From positions 20,129 to 84,128 of the forward strand of contig CADCJQ010000003.1 of assembly GCA_902801795.1 (NCBI GenBank): a DNA stretch of 64,000 nt, written 5' to 3'. Shown here piece by piece: positions 23,225-32,089 of this stretch. Under the pieces are notes generated by a model, which was given only the letters and a program-made list of their open reading frames with translations, had not been told where the DNA came from and searched no databases. Position 1 is the stretch's first letter; every line of letters starts with the position of its first letter. A program made the translations under genes and the position numbers. Origin of the DNA: an uncultured Erysipelotrichaceae bacterium. Its GTDB lineage: Bacteria; Bacillota_I; Bacilli_A; RF39; UBA660.

Positions 23225-24883
23225 ATGAGTGATGATAATTTTCCTTATGAGAAATATAATAATGTTTTATTTGAAAGTGAAGAAGAATATAATGATATAA
23301 ATCGTTCTAGTGCTATTTATTTACCTGGTAATTTTATATGTAGTGAATTTATAAACCGTATTTTAACTAGAGATAATTATTATCTTTATGCAAAAAGATT
23401 TTTTTGCGGTGAAATAAATGAGTTTAAAGTAGGCTATGTTAAAAATGGTGATATTTGTGGAAATATAAGTTATAGTAAAAATGAAATAATACGTGCAATG
23501 GATGTATATATTAAAGAAAATAATTTACGAGATAAAGAAGTTTTAGAGAGATTTCAACAGTTGAGAGATATTATTTCCGTAAAAACCTTTAAAAATAAAT
23601 TTGAAAATACTAGTTTTACCATAACCATAGATAATAATAAATATGAGATTAAAGTAAAAGATATAATTGAATTATTAAGTAATTCTACTTATGAATTTGA
23701 AAGTATTTGTGATGATAATAATATTAAAGAGTTATATGGTATTCCTAAAAATCATTTTTTATATGCTGTAAAAGAATTTATTGAAAAAGAACAAATTAGT
23801 AGTAATTATGATTTAACTAATAGTATGGAAAGAAATATCAAAGATGTTTTAAAATACTATTATGATATGGAAGCATGTAATAAATATTTAGAGACACCGG
23901 ATACTTTATATCAAAAAATTGAAATAAATCCTGATTTTGAAAAAGATGTATTAAAAGATATGCCAGAAGATTTGTCTTTATTAGAGAAATGTCTTTACAT
24001 TTATGTTAAATTATGTACTTTATTATCCTATGATGAAGAATACTTTGCTCTTAATCAAGAAGGTGAGGTACTAGAAAAACATAAAGATTATAAGAATGTT
24101 GAAAAAATAACTAAAGAGAATAATCGGGTAACTTGTTATGAATTTAATTTATTGTATACTAAATTTTTAAGTAAATTGAAAGTTAATTTTCAAAGTTCAT
24201 ATCGAAATCATCTTGATGAAGAAGGTTATGGTAAAGCACATGTTGAATTAGGATTTCGTGTGGGGAAATATTTAGTTTTTGCAGATTCTGTTGAAAGTAT
24301 TTTAGAAGGAGATATTGCAAATAGTAAAATAAATCAAAGAGTATCAGGACTTCGTGCCCTAAATAAAAATAGTAATACGCAAGAAGAGTTTGATAATGCT
24401 TTAAATAAGGTATATAAAGTTATTTATAAAGGTAATAAAAAAGAAACTTTTGATGATATTGTTAAAGAGTATCAAAAGAAAACTAATAATTATCATGATA
24501 TTGCTTTTGATGATAAAGTTAGGATATTTCTTGATAAATTAAATAGTATTGATTATCAAGGTGTTGATGCCATGTCTTATATTTTGCATCTTAAAAGAAT
24601 TATCTTTAATTACAATGAACTTAATTTTAATATCAAACTTAATATTATTTGTGATACTAATACAAGAAATAATGATTTAGCAAGAGTATCATTGATTATC
24701 CGAACGAATGAAGATGATTTACAAAATGATTCTCTAACTAAATATTATCTTTTTACCCCATTTAAAGGTGTAAAAGAAATCACTTATGATGAAATAAAAG
24801 AATTATTTGATAGTGGAGTTTTCTCGTATTTAGAAAGAGATGATAATTTAATACCAGGGATTAATAGAAGAGGTGCTAAATGA
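23225..24883 (+). CDS. hypothetical protein (552 aa)
   Basis: Long uninterrupted ORF with normal codon usage. No motif recognised. Confidence 0.4.
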   Translation: MSDDNFPYEKYNNVLFESEEEYNDINRSSAIYLPGNFICSEFINRILTRDNYYLYAKRFFCGEINEFKVGYVKNGDICGNISYSKNEIIRAMDVYIKENNLRDKEVLERFQQLRDIISVKTFKNKFENTSFTITIDNNKYEIKVKDIIELLSNSTYEFESICDDNNIKELYGIPKNHFLYAVKEFIEKEQISSNYDLTNSMERNIKDVLKYYYDMEACNKYLETPDTLYQKIEINPDFEKDVLKDMPEDLSLLEKCLYIYVKLCTLLSYDEEYFALNQEGEVLEKHKDYKNVEKITKENNRVTCYEFNLLYTKFLSKLKVNFQSSYRNHLDEEGYGKAHVELGFRVGKYLVFADSVESILEGDIANSKINQRVSGLRALNKNSNTQEEFDNALNKVYKVIYKGNKKETFDDIVKEYQKKTNNYHDIAFDDKVRIFLDKLNSIDYQGVDAMSYILHLKRIIFNYNELNFNIKLNIICDTNTRNNDLARVSLIIRTNEDDLQNDSLTKYYLFTPFKGVKEITYDEIKELFDSGVFSYLERDDNLIPGINRRGAK

Positions 24884-25104
24884 TTGATAAGTTAAGAAAG
24901 ATAAATGAAGGATTACTAATATTAAATAAGAATAATGAACAAAAGGAAAAATATGAATTAATTAAAAAAATCCTTAAAGATGATAAATGTTTTTTTAAGA
25001 TGGATATCGAAACATCGTATGCTTTATTAAGAGATTTAGAAGTTAAAGAAAAGGATTTAGAAAAAATATATAAAGAATTAATAGATGATAAATATTTTTC
25101 TTAA
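24880..25104 (+). CDS. hypothetical small protein (74 aa), translationally coupled (ATGA overlap)
   Basis: Start overlaps the stop of the upstream gene. Confidence 0.3.
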   Translation: MIDKLRKINEGLLILNKNNEQKEKYELIKKILKDDKCFFKMDIETSYALLRDLEVKEKDLEKIYKELIDDKYFS

Positions 25105-25182
25105 ATGTAAAAATAATGTAGAATTATTGTGATAAATATTAGTTTATGTTAAACTTAAATATATTGGAAGACGGGTAGTATA

Positions 25183-26004
25183 ATGGAAAAATTAGATTTA
25201 GAAGGATTAAAGAAAGTACAATTAGAAATATTGGATGTTGTTAATGAATTTTGTCAAAAACATCAAATTAATTATTGGATTGATTGTGGTACTTTAATAG
25301 GGGCTATAAGACATAAAGGGTATATTCCTTGGGATGATGATATTGATATCGGTATGCTTCGAAGTGATTATGATAAATTTATGAAATTATTTAATGAAGA
25401 AAACTCTAGATATCAGTTTTATTCTATTGAAAATAATAAAGATTTTTTAGTAGCCTTTGGAAAAGTTTTAGATACTAAAACTATTCTTTATGAACCAAAT
25501 AAAGAACAAGGAATTAAGTTAAATATTAATATTGATGTTTTTGTATATGATAATGCACCAGATGATGAAATGTTATGTCAAAAGATGTTTAAAAAAAGGG
25601 ATATGTATTTAAAATTACGTTATGCCCAACTTTATCCTAATTTCTATGATAAAACAAGTCTAAAAAAGAAAATTATGCGTTTCTTTTTAAAGATTTATTT
25701 AAAGTTGTTGCCAAAAAACTATTATACTAAAAAAATAATTAAGAATTCTCGTAAATATATAGATTGTGATACTAAAAGAGTAGGGAATTTTACAAGTGTT
25801 TCAAAGTTTGTTGGGGATAAAGAACTTTTTAAAGAGTTTATAAAAGTCGAATTTGAAGGTAGAAAATATCCGGCGCCTATTGGATATGATACATGGCTTC
25901 GTAATATTTATGGCGATTATATGAAGTTACCTCCTGTGGAAAAGCGTGTTAGTCATCATGAATTTGAAGCATATAAACTAGAAGATAGGGAAAATGGTGA
26001 ATAA
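25183..26004 (+). CDS. licD: LicD-family phosphotransferase (phosphocholine/phospho-polyol transferase)
   Basis: YWIDCGTLIGAIRHKGYIPWDDDIDIGM is the LicD (PF04991) signature with a DxD motif. Confidence 0.75.
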   Translation: MEKLDLEGLKKVQLEILDVVNEFCQKHQINYWIDCGTLIGAIRHKGYIPWDDDIDIGMLRSDYDKFMKLFNEENSRYQFYSIENNKDFLVAFGKVLDTKTILYEPNKEQGIKLNINIDVFVYDNAPDDEMLCQKMFKKRDMYLKLRYAQLYPNFYDKTSLKKKIMRFFLKIYLKLLPKNYYTKKIIKNSRKYIDCDTKRVGNFTSVSKFVGDKELFKEFIKVEFEGRKYPAPIGYDTWLRNIYGDYMKLPPVEKRVSHHEFEAYKLEDRENGE

Positions 26005-26704
26005 GATGGAAAAGTTAGTTATTGGTGTTTTAGGTGGTATGGGAACTTATGCTACTATTAATATGTTTAAACAGTATGCTAGAGTTTTCCCTGCTATAAA
26101 AGAGTGGGAAAGACCAAGAATAGTGATTGATAATCGCTGTACGATGCCTAGTCGTGTAAGAGCATATTTATATCATGAGAAAGTTGCTGAATTAATTGAT
26201 GAAATGAGTGAATCAATGAAGTATTTGGTAGATACAGGATGTAATAAAATTATTTTAGCATGTAATACTTCCCACTTATTTTTACCTAAAATATATGAAA
26301 AAGTACCAGAGTTACAAGACAAGATTGTTAATATTATTGATGTAACTGTTAATAAAATAGAAAATGATAATGTTAAAGAAATCTTTTTGATAGGTTCTGA
26401 AGGTACCATTGATTCAAGAATTTATCAAGATGCTTTAGAAAAAAAAGGTATTAAGTGTCTTGTTCCTACAAAAGAAGAATACGGAATGGTTCGTGAACTT
26501 ATTGAAGCGGTTAAACAAGATAATTATACTGATAATACGGAAAAGGAATTTTTAAGATTAATAAATCGCTTTGATAATATAATTTTAGGATGTACAGAAA
26601 TGCCTATTCTATATGAGAAATATCAAGATAAAATAAATAATAAAGGTGTTTATGATCCATGTTTATTAAGTTTAAAAAAAATGAAGGAGGAATATTATGA
26701 CTAA
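25994..26704 (+). CDS. Asp/Glu/hydantoin racemase-family protein (aspartate racemase-like)
   Basis: IGVLGGMGTYATINMFKQ... and LACNTSHLF motifs, characteristic of PF01177 racemases, with two conserved Cys regions. Confidence 0.6.
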   Translation: MVNKMEKLVIGVLGGMGTYATINMFKQYARVFPAIKEWERPRIVIDNRCTMPSRVRAYLYHEKVAELIDEMSESMKYLVDTGCNKIILACNTSHLFLPKIYEKVPELQDKIVNIIDVTVNKIENDNVKEIFLIGSEGTIDSRIYQDALEKKGIKCLVPTKEEYGMVRELIEAVKQDNYTDNTEKEFLRLINRFDNIILGCTEMPILYEKYQDKINNKGVYDPCLLSLKKMKEEYYD

Positions 26705-27107
26705 AATATTAACATTTGGTGTTTATGATTACTTTCATTTAGGCCATTTACGTTTATTTAAACAATGTAAGGAACATGCAGATTATTTAATTGTTGCTGT
26801 TCAAAACGGAGATTATATCTTGAAATATAAGCCGGAAGCTAAAATACTTTATTCAACTGAGGAACGTGTAGAAATACTTAATTCTATTAAAGAAATTGAT
26901 GAAGTCATTGTGTATGATAGTTTATCACCAGAATGTTTAGAGAAAATTGACTTTGATATTTTAGCCCTTGGTGAAGATCATAAAGGTGGCCGTTTTGATA
27001 TTGCGGAAAAATGGTGTATTGACCATGGAAAGAAAGTTGTTAGATTAAAAAGAACAGAAGGTATTTGTTCAAGTGAAATAAAAAGAACTATTAAACGAGA
27101 AGTGTAG
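26697..27107 (+). CDS. cytidylyltransferase, TagD-like (glycerol-3-phosphate/phospho-X cytidylyltransferase family)
   Basis: ILTFGVYDYFHLGHLRLFKQ (HxGH motif) ... RTEGICSSEIKRTI, matching B. subtilis TagD throughout. 136 aa. Confidence 0.75.
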   Translation: MTKILTFGVYDYFHLGHLRLFKQCKEHADYLIVAVQNGDYILKYKPEAKILYSTEERVEILNSIKEIDEVIVYDSLSPECLEKIDFDILALGEDHKGGRFDIAEKWCIDHGKKVVRLKRTEGICSSEIKRTIKREV

Positions 27108-27172
27108 TTAATGTAAATAATAGTTCTTTTTTTGATATTTCCTAATATATTTAATTGAAAGGAAAAATAATT

Positions 27173-27433
27173 ATGGAAATATTAAAAGTAAGTAGTAAAT
27201 CTAATCCCAATAGTGTTGCGGGAGCCTTAACGAATGTATTAAGAGATACTAATGATGTTGAAATACAAGCGGTGGGAGCTGGAGCATTAAATCAAGCGAT
27301 TAAAGCAATTGCGATTGCAAGAGGTTTTGTCGCTCCAAGTGGAAAGAATTTATATTGTATTCCATCTTTTGCGGTTATTTCAATTGATGGAGAAGAACGT
27401 ACCGCCATTAAGTTAGTTGTAGAAGCGAAATAA
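27173..27433 (+). CDS. spoVS: stage V sporulation protein S (SpoVS)
   Basis: MEILKVSSKSNPNSVAGALTNVLRDTNDVEIQAVGAGALNQAIKAIAIARGFVAPSG is nearly identical to the Bacillus/Clostridium SpoVS pattern. RBS AAAGGAAA upstream. Confidence 0.85.
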   Translation: MEILKVSSKSNPNSVAGALTNVLRDTNDVEIQAVGAGALNQAIKAIAIARGFVAPSGKNLYCIPSFAVISIDGEERTAIKLVVEAK

Positions 27434-27536
27434 GCTTCTTTTTCTTTTTGTAAAAATATGTCTAATAATTAATTTTTTGATAATTATTTTCTATTTTATG
27501 ATACAATAATATGGTATTAATGAAGTAGGTGAAGAA

Positions 27537-29453
27537 ATGAAAGAAAATTATATTGATTTGTTTGTTCCAGGAAGATTATGTATTATGGGAGAACATAGTG
27601 ATTGGGCTGGACGTTATCGTAATGTAAATAATAAAATAGAAAAAGGTTATGCTATTGTAACTGGTATTGAAGAAGGTATTTATGCTAAAGCATCTTTAAG
27701 TGATAAATTTGTTGTCAAAAATACTTTTGATAATAACTTTTTTGAATGTGAAATGGATTATGAAAAATTAAAGAAAATAGCGGAAGATGGAGGATACTGG
27801 AGTTATGCAGCAGGTGTGGCTGCTTGTATTAAAGAACAGTATAATATTAATGGTGTTGAAATAATTATTAATAAAGTAACCATTCCCGAGAAAAAAGGTT
27901 TATCTTCTTCTGCAGCGATTTGTGTATTAGTTGCGCGTGCTTTTAATAATTTATATAATTTACATTTAAATATTATTGGAGAGATGAATTTAGCTTATTT
28001 AGGAGAAATTACAACTCCATCTCGTTGTGGAAAATTAGATCAAGCCTGTGCTTTTGGTAAAAAGCCTATTTTAATGGTTTTTGATGGTGATAAAACAGAA
28101 ATTCATAATATTAAAGTACAGAAAGAATTATATTTTGTCTTTGCAGATCTTAATTCTCATAAAGATACTATAAGAATATTAGGTGATTTAAATAGATCAT
28201 ATCCTTTTGGAACAAGTGATATGGATAAGGCAGTACAATTAGCCTTAGGAAAAAAGAATAAAGAAATTGTTTTAGAAAGTATTAAATGTATTGAAAATGG
28301 TGATATTGAGGGATTTGGTAAATTAATGATTAAAGCCCAAGAAAACTTTGATCAAAATGTTGCTCCTGCATGTCCAGTTGAACTTACTTCACCAATTTTA
28401 CATAAAGTATTAAATGATTCATATATCAAAGAATTATCATATGGAAGAAAAGGTGTAGGATCTCAAGGAGATGGCACGGTTCAAGTTCTTGCTAAAGATG
28501 CTGATTCTCAAAAATTATTACAAGAATATTTTGAAAATAAATTAGGAATGAAAGCATATACGCTAACTTTACCAGCTACAAAACCGGTTAAAAAAGCGAT
28601 TATTCCAGTTGCAGGTAATGGAACAAGAATGTTTCCCATAACTAAATGTATTAAAAAGGCTTTCTTACCAGTAGTTGATAAAGGTATAATTAAACCTGTA
28701 ATATTGTGTTTAATTGAAGAAATTGTTAAAGCAGGTATTGAAGAAGTATGCTTAATAATTGATGCTGGTGATAAAAAAGAATATGATAAATTATTTAATG
28801 AAAAAATATCAAATGAAGTAGTATCTAAACTTTCACCAGAATTATTAGAATATGAAAGTTTTATTCAACAAATAGGTAAAAAAATAACGTATATCTGTCA
28901 AGAAGAAAAACTTGGATTAGGTCATGCCGTATCTTTATGTGAAGATTTTGCAGGAGGAGATCCAGTACTTCTTGTCTTAGGAGATCAATTATATAAATCA
29001 TTTTCTAATAAATCATGTACAGAACAATTTTTAAATTCTTTTGCTAAAAATAATAAACTATCAATATCTGTTTGTGAAGTACCACAAGAAGATGTTTCTA
29101 AGTATGGTATTTTATGTGGTAAGATAGAAAAAAATAATGATAGTTTTGATGTTGATAAGATGGTTGAAAAACCAAATCCTATTATTGCAGAAGAAAAATA
29201 TTATACTAAATATCAAAATAAGAAAAAGTATTATGCTGTTTTTGGAGAATATATTTTAACAGATGATGTTTTTAAGGTATTAAGAAAAAATATTGACAAT
29301 AAAAAATTAGAAAATGGAGAATATCAAATAACTAGTGCACTTGATGAGGTAAGAGAGAAAAAAGGTATGGTAGCCTTTATTCCTAAAGGTGAAATGCTTG
29401 ATGTAGGTAATGTCAAAGCATATCAAAATACTTTTATTGAAATGACAAAATAA
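27537..29453 (+). CDS. bifunctional sugar-1-kinase (GHMP/galactokinase-like) / sugar-1-phosphate nucleotidyltransferase
   Basis: N-terminus GEHSDWAG (galactokinase-family signature) and PEKKGLSSSAAICV (GHMP ATP-binding motif). C-terminal half AIIPVAGNGTRMFPITK (GxGTR NTP-transferase motif) plus a glycosyltransferase-A-like fold. Confidence 0.6.
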   Translation: MKENYIDLFVPGRLCIMGEHSDWAGRYRNVNNKIEKGYAIVTGIEEGIYAKASLSDKFVVKNTFDNNFFECEMDYEKLKKIAEDGGYWSYAAGVAACIKEQYNINGVEIIINKVTIPEKKGLSSSAAICVLVARAFNNLYNLHLNIIGEMNLAYLGEITTPSRCGKLDQACAFGKKPILMVFDGDKTEIHNIKVQKELYFVFADLNSHKDTIRILGDLNRSYPFGTSDMDKAVQLALGKKNKEIVLESIKCIENGDIEGFGKLMIKAQENFDQNVAPACPVELTSPILHKVLNDSYIKELSYGRKGVGSQGDGTVQVLAKDADSQKLLQEYFENKLGMKAYTLTLPATKPVKKAIIPVAGNGTRMFPITKCIKKAFLPVVDKGIIKPVILCLIEEIVKAGIEEVCLIIDAGDKKEYDKLFNEKISNEVVSKLSPELLEYESFIQQIGKKITYICQEEKLGLGHAVSLCEDFAGGDPVLLVLGDQLYKSFSNKSCTEQFLNSFAKNNKLSISVCEVPQEDVSKYGILCGKIEKNNDSFDVDKMVEKPNPIIAEEKYYTKYQNKKKYYAVFGEYILTDDVFKVLRKNIDNKKLENGEYQITSALDEVREKKGMVAFIPKGEMLDVGNVKAYQNTFIEMTK

Positions 29454-29525
29454 TTAAAGAACGATAATTTTGTCTTGTTAACTATTCTTTAGTGTGTTAT
29501 AATTAATTTTGTTAGAAAAGTAGGT

Positions 29526-30014
29526 GTGAAAATGAAGAAAAAAGTATTGTTTATTGCAAGTACCGGTGGTCATCTTGATGAATTAATGCAATTAAAAGGG
29601 ATGTTTAATGATTATGATTATCATCTAATAACGGAAAAAACTAAATCAACTTTATCACTTAGAGATATCCACAAAGGAAGAGTTAATTATTTAGTTTATG
29701 GGACATATACAACATTTTTAAATCGTCTAAAATATCCTTTTAAATTAATATATAATACTTTTAAATCGTTAATTTTATATTTTAAAATTAAACCACAGTA
29801 TATTGTAACAACAGGAACACATACTGCTGGACCAATGTGTTTAATAGGACATATCTTTAAAAGTAAAGTAATATATATTGAAACATTCGCTAATAGTAGG
29901 ACAAAGTCGAAAACAGGAAGACTTGTATATAAGTTTGCTGATTTCTTTGTAATTCAGTGGCCAAGTTTACAAGAACTTTATCCGAAAGCGACTTATGGAG
30001 GTTGGATTTTCTAA
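29526..30014 (+). CDS. Alg14-like glycosyltransferase accessory subunit (membrane-anchoring partner)
   Basis: VLFIASTGGHLDELMQL matches the Alg14/Cps14F-type motif. Overlaps the downstream gene (TAATG). Confidence 0.6.
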   Translation: MKMKKKVLFIASTGGHLDELMQLKGMFNDYDYHLITEKTKSTLSLRDIHKGRVNYLVYGTYTTFLNRLKYPFKLIYNTFKSLILYFKIKPQYIVTTGTHTAGPMCLIGHIFKSKVIYIETFANSRTKSKTGRLVYKFADFFVIQWPSLQELYPKATYGGWIF

Positions 30015-30499
30015 TGATTTTAGTTACTCTAGGAACACAAGATAAACAATTTTTTAGGTTGTTAAAAGCCATAGATGAACAAATAGAAAAAGGAAATATT
30101 AAAGATAAGGTAATTGTTCAAGCAGGTTATAATGCATCACGTTATGAAACCAAAAATATGAAAATGTTTGATTTGATAGATCGCGAAGAATTTGGAAAAC
30201 TTGTTGATGAATGTGATTTTCTTATCACTCATGGCGGAGAGGGTTCTATCTTAAATGGTGTAAGATTAGGTAAAAAAATAATTGCTTGTCCAAGACTTGC
30301 TAAATATGGAGAACACCTTAATGATCATCAAGTACAAATTGTTACTGAGTTTTCAAATCTAGGTTATATTTTACCATTTAATGAAGATGATGATTTGGGT
30401 GACGTTATTAATAAATTAAAAACTTTTAAACCTAAAAAGTTTGTTAGTAATACGGAAAACTTTATTAAAGTTATTAAAAATTATATTGATAATAATTAA
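30014..30499 (+). CDS. Alg13-like glycosyltransferase (GT28 C-terminal domain, Cps14G/EpsF-like catalytic subunit)
   Basis: MILVTLGTQDKQFFRLLKAIDE matches the N-terminus of Alg13/MurG C-domain-like transferases. GGAGG RBS inside the upstream gene's end. Confidence 0.6.
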   Translation: MILVTLGTQDKQFFRLLKAIDEQIEKGNIKDKVIVQAGYNASRYETKNMKMFDLIDREEFGKLVDECDFLITHGGEGSILNGVRLGKKIIACPRLAKYGEHLNDHQVQIVTEFSNLGYILPFNEDDDLGDVINKLKTFKPKKFVSNTENFIKVIKNYIDNN

Positions 30500-30639
30500 T
30501 ATTAAAAAAATAAATAGTGTCTTTTAGAGCACTATTTTTATATATAAAAAAATGTGGATTTTTGAGTTTTTTTGTCAAAAGACTAGATAAAAAGTTATAA
30601 ATATGATATATTAAATATGTCTAGAAGATATGAAAGTTA

Positions 30640-30772
30640 GTAGTTTAAAACCGACTAAATATACATTACGGGAGTTCGGAGCATTAATCGGTGTTGAACA
30701 CTTAGTGGAGTTCCTAAGGATCCTAAAGGTTAATTATGAACACCCACCTCGTGACGACCGCGCGGGTTTTAG
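30640..30772 (+). promoter_or_regulatory. structured, GC-enriched 5' leader of the lysozyme gene; candidate riboswitch/attenuator (family unassigned)
   Basis: About 130 nt, markedly more GC-rich than the flanks. Complementary segments ACGGGAGTTCGGAGCA / GTGGAGTTCCTAAGGATCC and a terminator-like GACGACCGCGCGGGTTTT sit just before the RBS of the 30816 gene. Confidence 0.3.
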
Positions 30773-30815
30773 TATATGGCTTTCTATTTTCTAGATTTTA
30801 TTATTTAGGAGAGAT

Positions 30816-32027
30816 ATGAAAAATATTATAAAACTATTAGGCATTGTTTTATTTATTGGCTTATTAATAACTATTGTTTTATTTGCTTATCAAAAATACC
30901 GTGATTATGTGGAACAAGAAAGAATCAAAAATGCTATTATTAAAGTTGATTTAATAGAAAATTTGGAATTAGAGTTTAATAGTGAAGTTAAACTTAGTGA
31001 CTTGATTAAAAGTATAAATGGTGAATTAATTGATAATCCAATAATTGATACTAGTAAAGTTGGTAGTTTTGATGTTAATTTTAAATACATTAATGAAGAA
31101 GATATTAAAGTACCATATAGTTTTAAAGTACAAATTGTTGATAAAGTACCACCAGTTATTTGGTTAAGTGATGCTTATTCGGTTAATGTTGGCTATAATA
31201 AAAGTTTAGAAGAAGCCATTATGTGTGGTGATAACTATGATGATAATCCAAAATGTTATATAACTGGATCTTATGATACTAATAAAATAGGTAGTTATAA
31301 ACTTACTTATAATGCCGTTGATAATAGTGGAAATACTACTAAAAAAGATTTTGTTTTAAAGGTTACTAATCCTACAAAGACAAGCAGTAATACATCAACC
31401 ATTCCTTTTAAGAGTTTATATAATGAATACAAAAAAGATAATACTAAAATAGGTATTGATGTTTCTAAATGGCAAGGGGATATTGATTTTCAAAAAGTTA
31501 AGGATGAAGGTGTGGAATTTGTCTTTATAAAATTAGGTGGACAAAATGGTATTGGGGGAGATTATTATTTAGATCCTAAGTTTGAAAGAAATATTGAAGG
31601 ATTTAAAAGTGTTGATATTCCAGTTGGTTTATATTTTTATAGTTATGCCAATAATCCGGAACAAGCAATGAAAGATGCATTATGGGTAATAAAAAACATT
31701 AAAGGTAAAAAGATTGATTTACCAATTGCCTTTGATTGGGAAAACTGGGGAAGTTATAATAAATTTCATATGAGTTTTAATACATTAACTAAATCAGCAG
31801 AAAGCTTTATTAATACTTTAGGAATGTATGGCTATAAGGGAATGCTTTATGGAAGTAAAAATTATTTAGAGAAAATATGGTTAAAAAATAATTTAACAAC
31901 ATGGGTTGCGCATTATACTACAAAAACTGATTATCAAAAAGAATATAAGTGTTGGCAAAGAACAAGTTCTGCTAAAATATCAGGAATAACTGTTAATACG
32001 GTTGATGTTGATATTTGTTATAATTAA
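30816..32027 (+). CDS. membrane-anchored GH25 lysozyme (N-acetylmuramidase) with Ig-like domain
   Basis: N-terminal TM. Middle Ig-like/DUF5011-like segment. C-terminal GIDVSKWQGDIDFQKVK...FVFIKLG is the GH25 (LysM-less) muramidase signature. Confidence 0.7.
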   Translation: MKNIIKLLGIVLFIGLLITIVLFAYQKYRDYVEQERIKNAIIKVDLIENLELEFNSEVKLSDLIKSINGELIDNPIIDTSKVGSFDVNFKYINEEDIKVPYSFKVQIVDKVPPVIWLSDAYSVNVGYNKSLEEAIMCGDNYDDNPKCYITGSYDTNKIGSYKLTYNAVDNSGNTTKKDFVLKVTNPTKTSSNTSTIPFKSLYNEYKKDNTKIGIDVSKWQGDIDFQKVKDEGVEFVFIKLGGQNGIGGDYYLDPKFERNIEGFKSVDIPVGLYFYSYANNPEQAMKDALWVIKNIKGKKIDLPIAFDWENWGSYNKFHMSFNTLTKSAESFINTLGMYGYKGMLYGSKNYLEKIWLKNNLTTWVAHYTTKTDYQKEYKCWQRTSSAKISGITVNTVDVDICYN

Positions 32028-32089
32028 TTAATAGTAAAATATATTATTTTGATGTATAATATTTAGTGTGAAGAAAGGTAGGAAATAAT

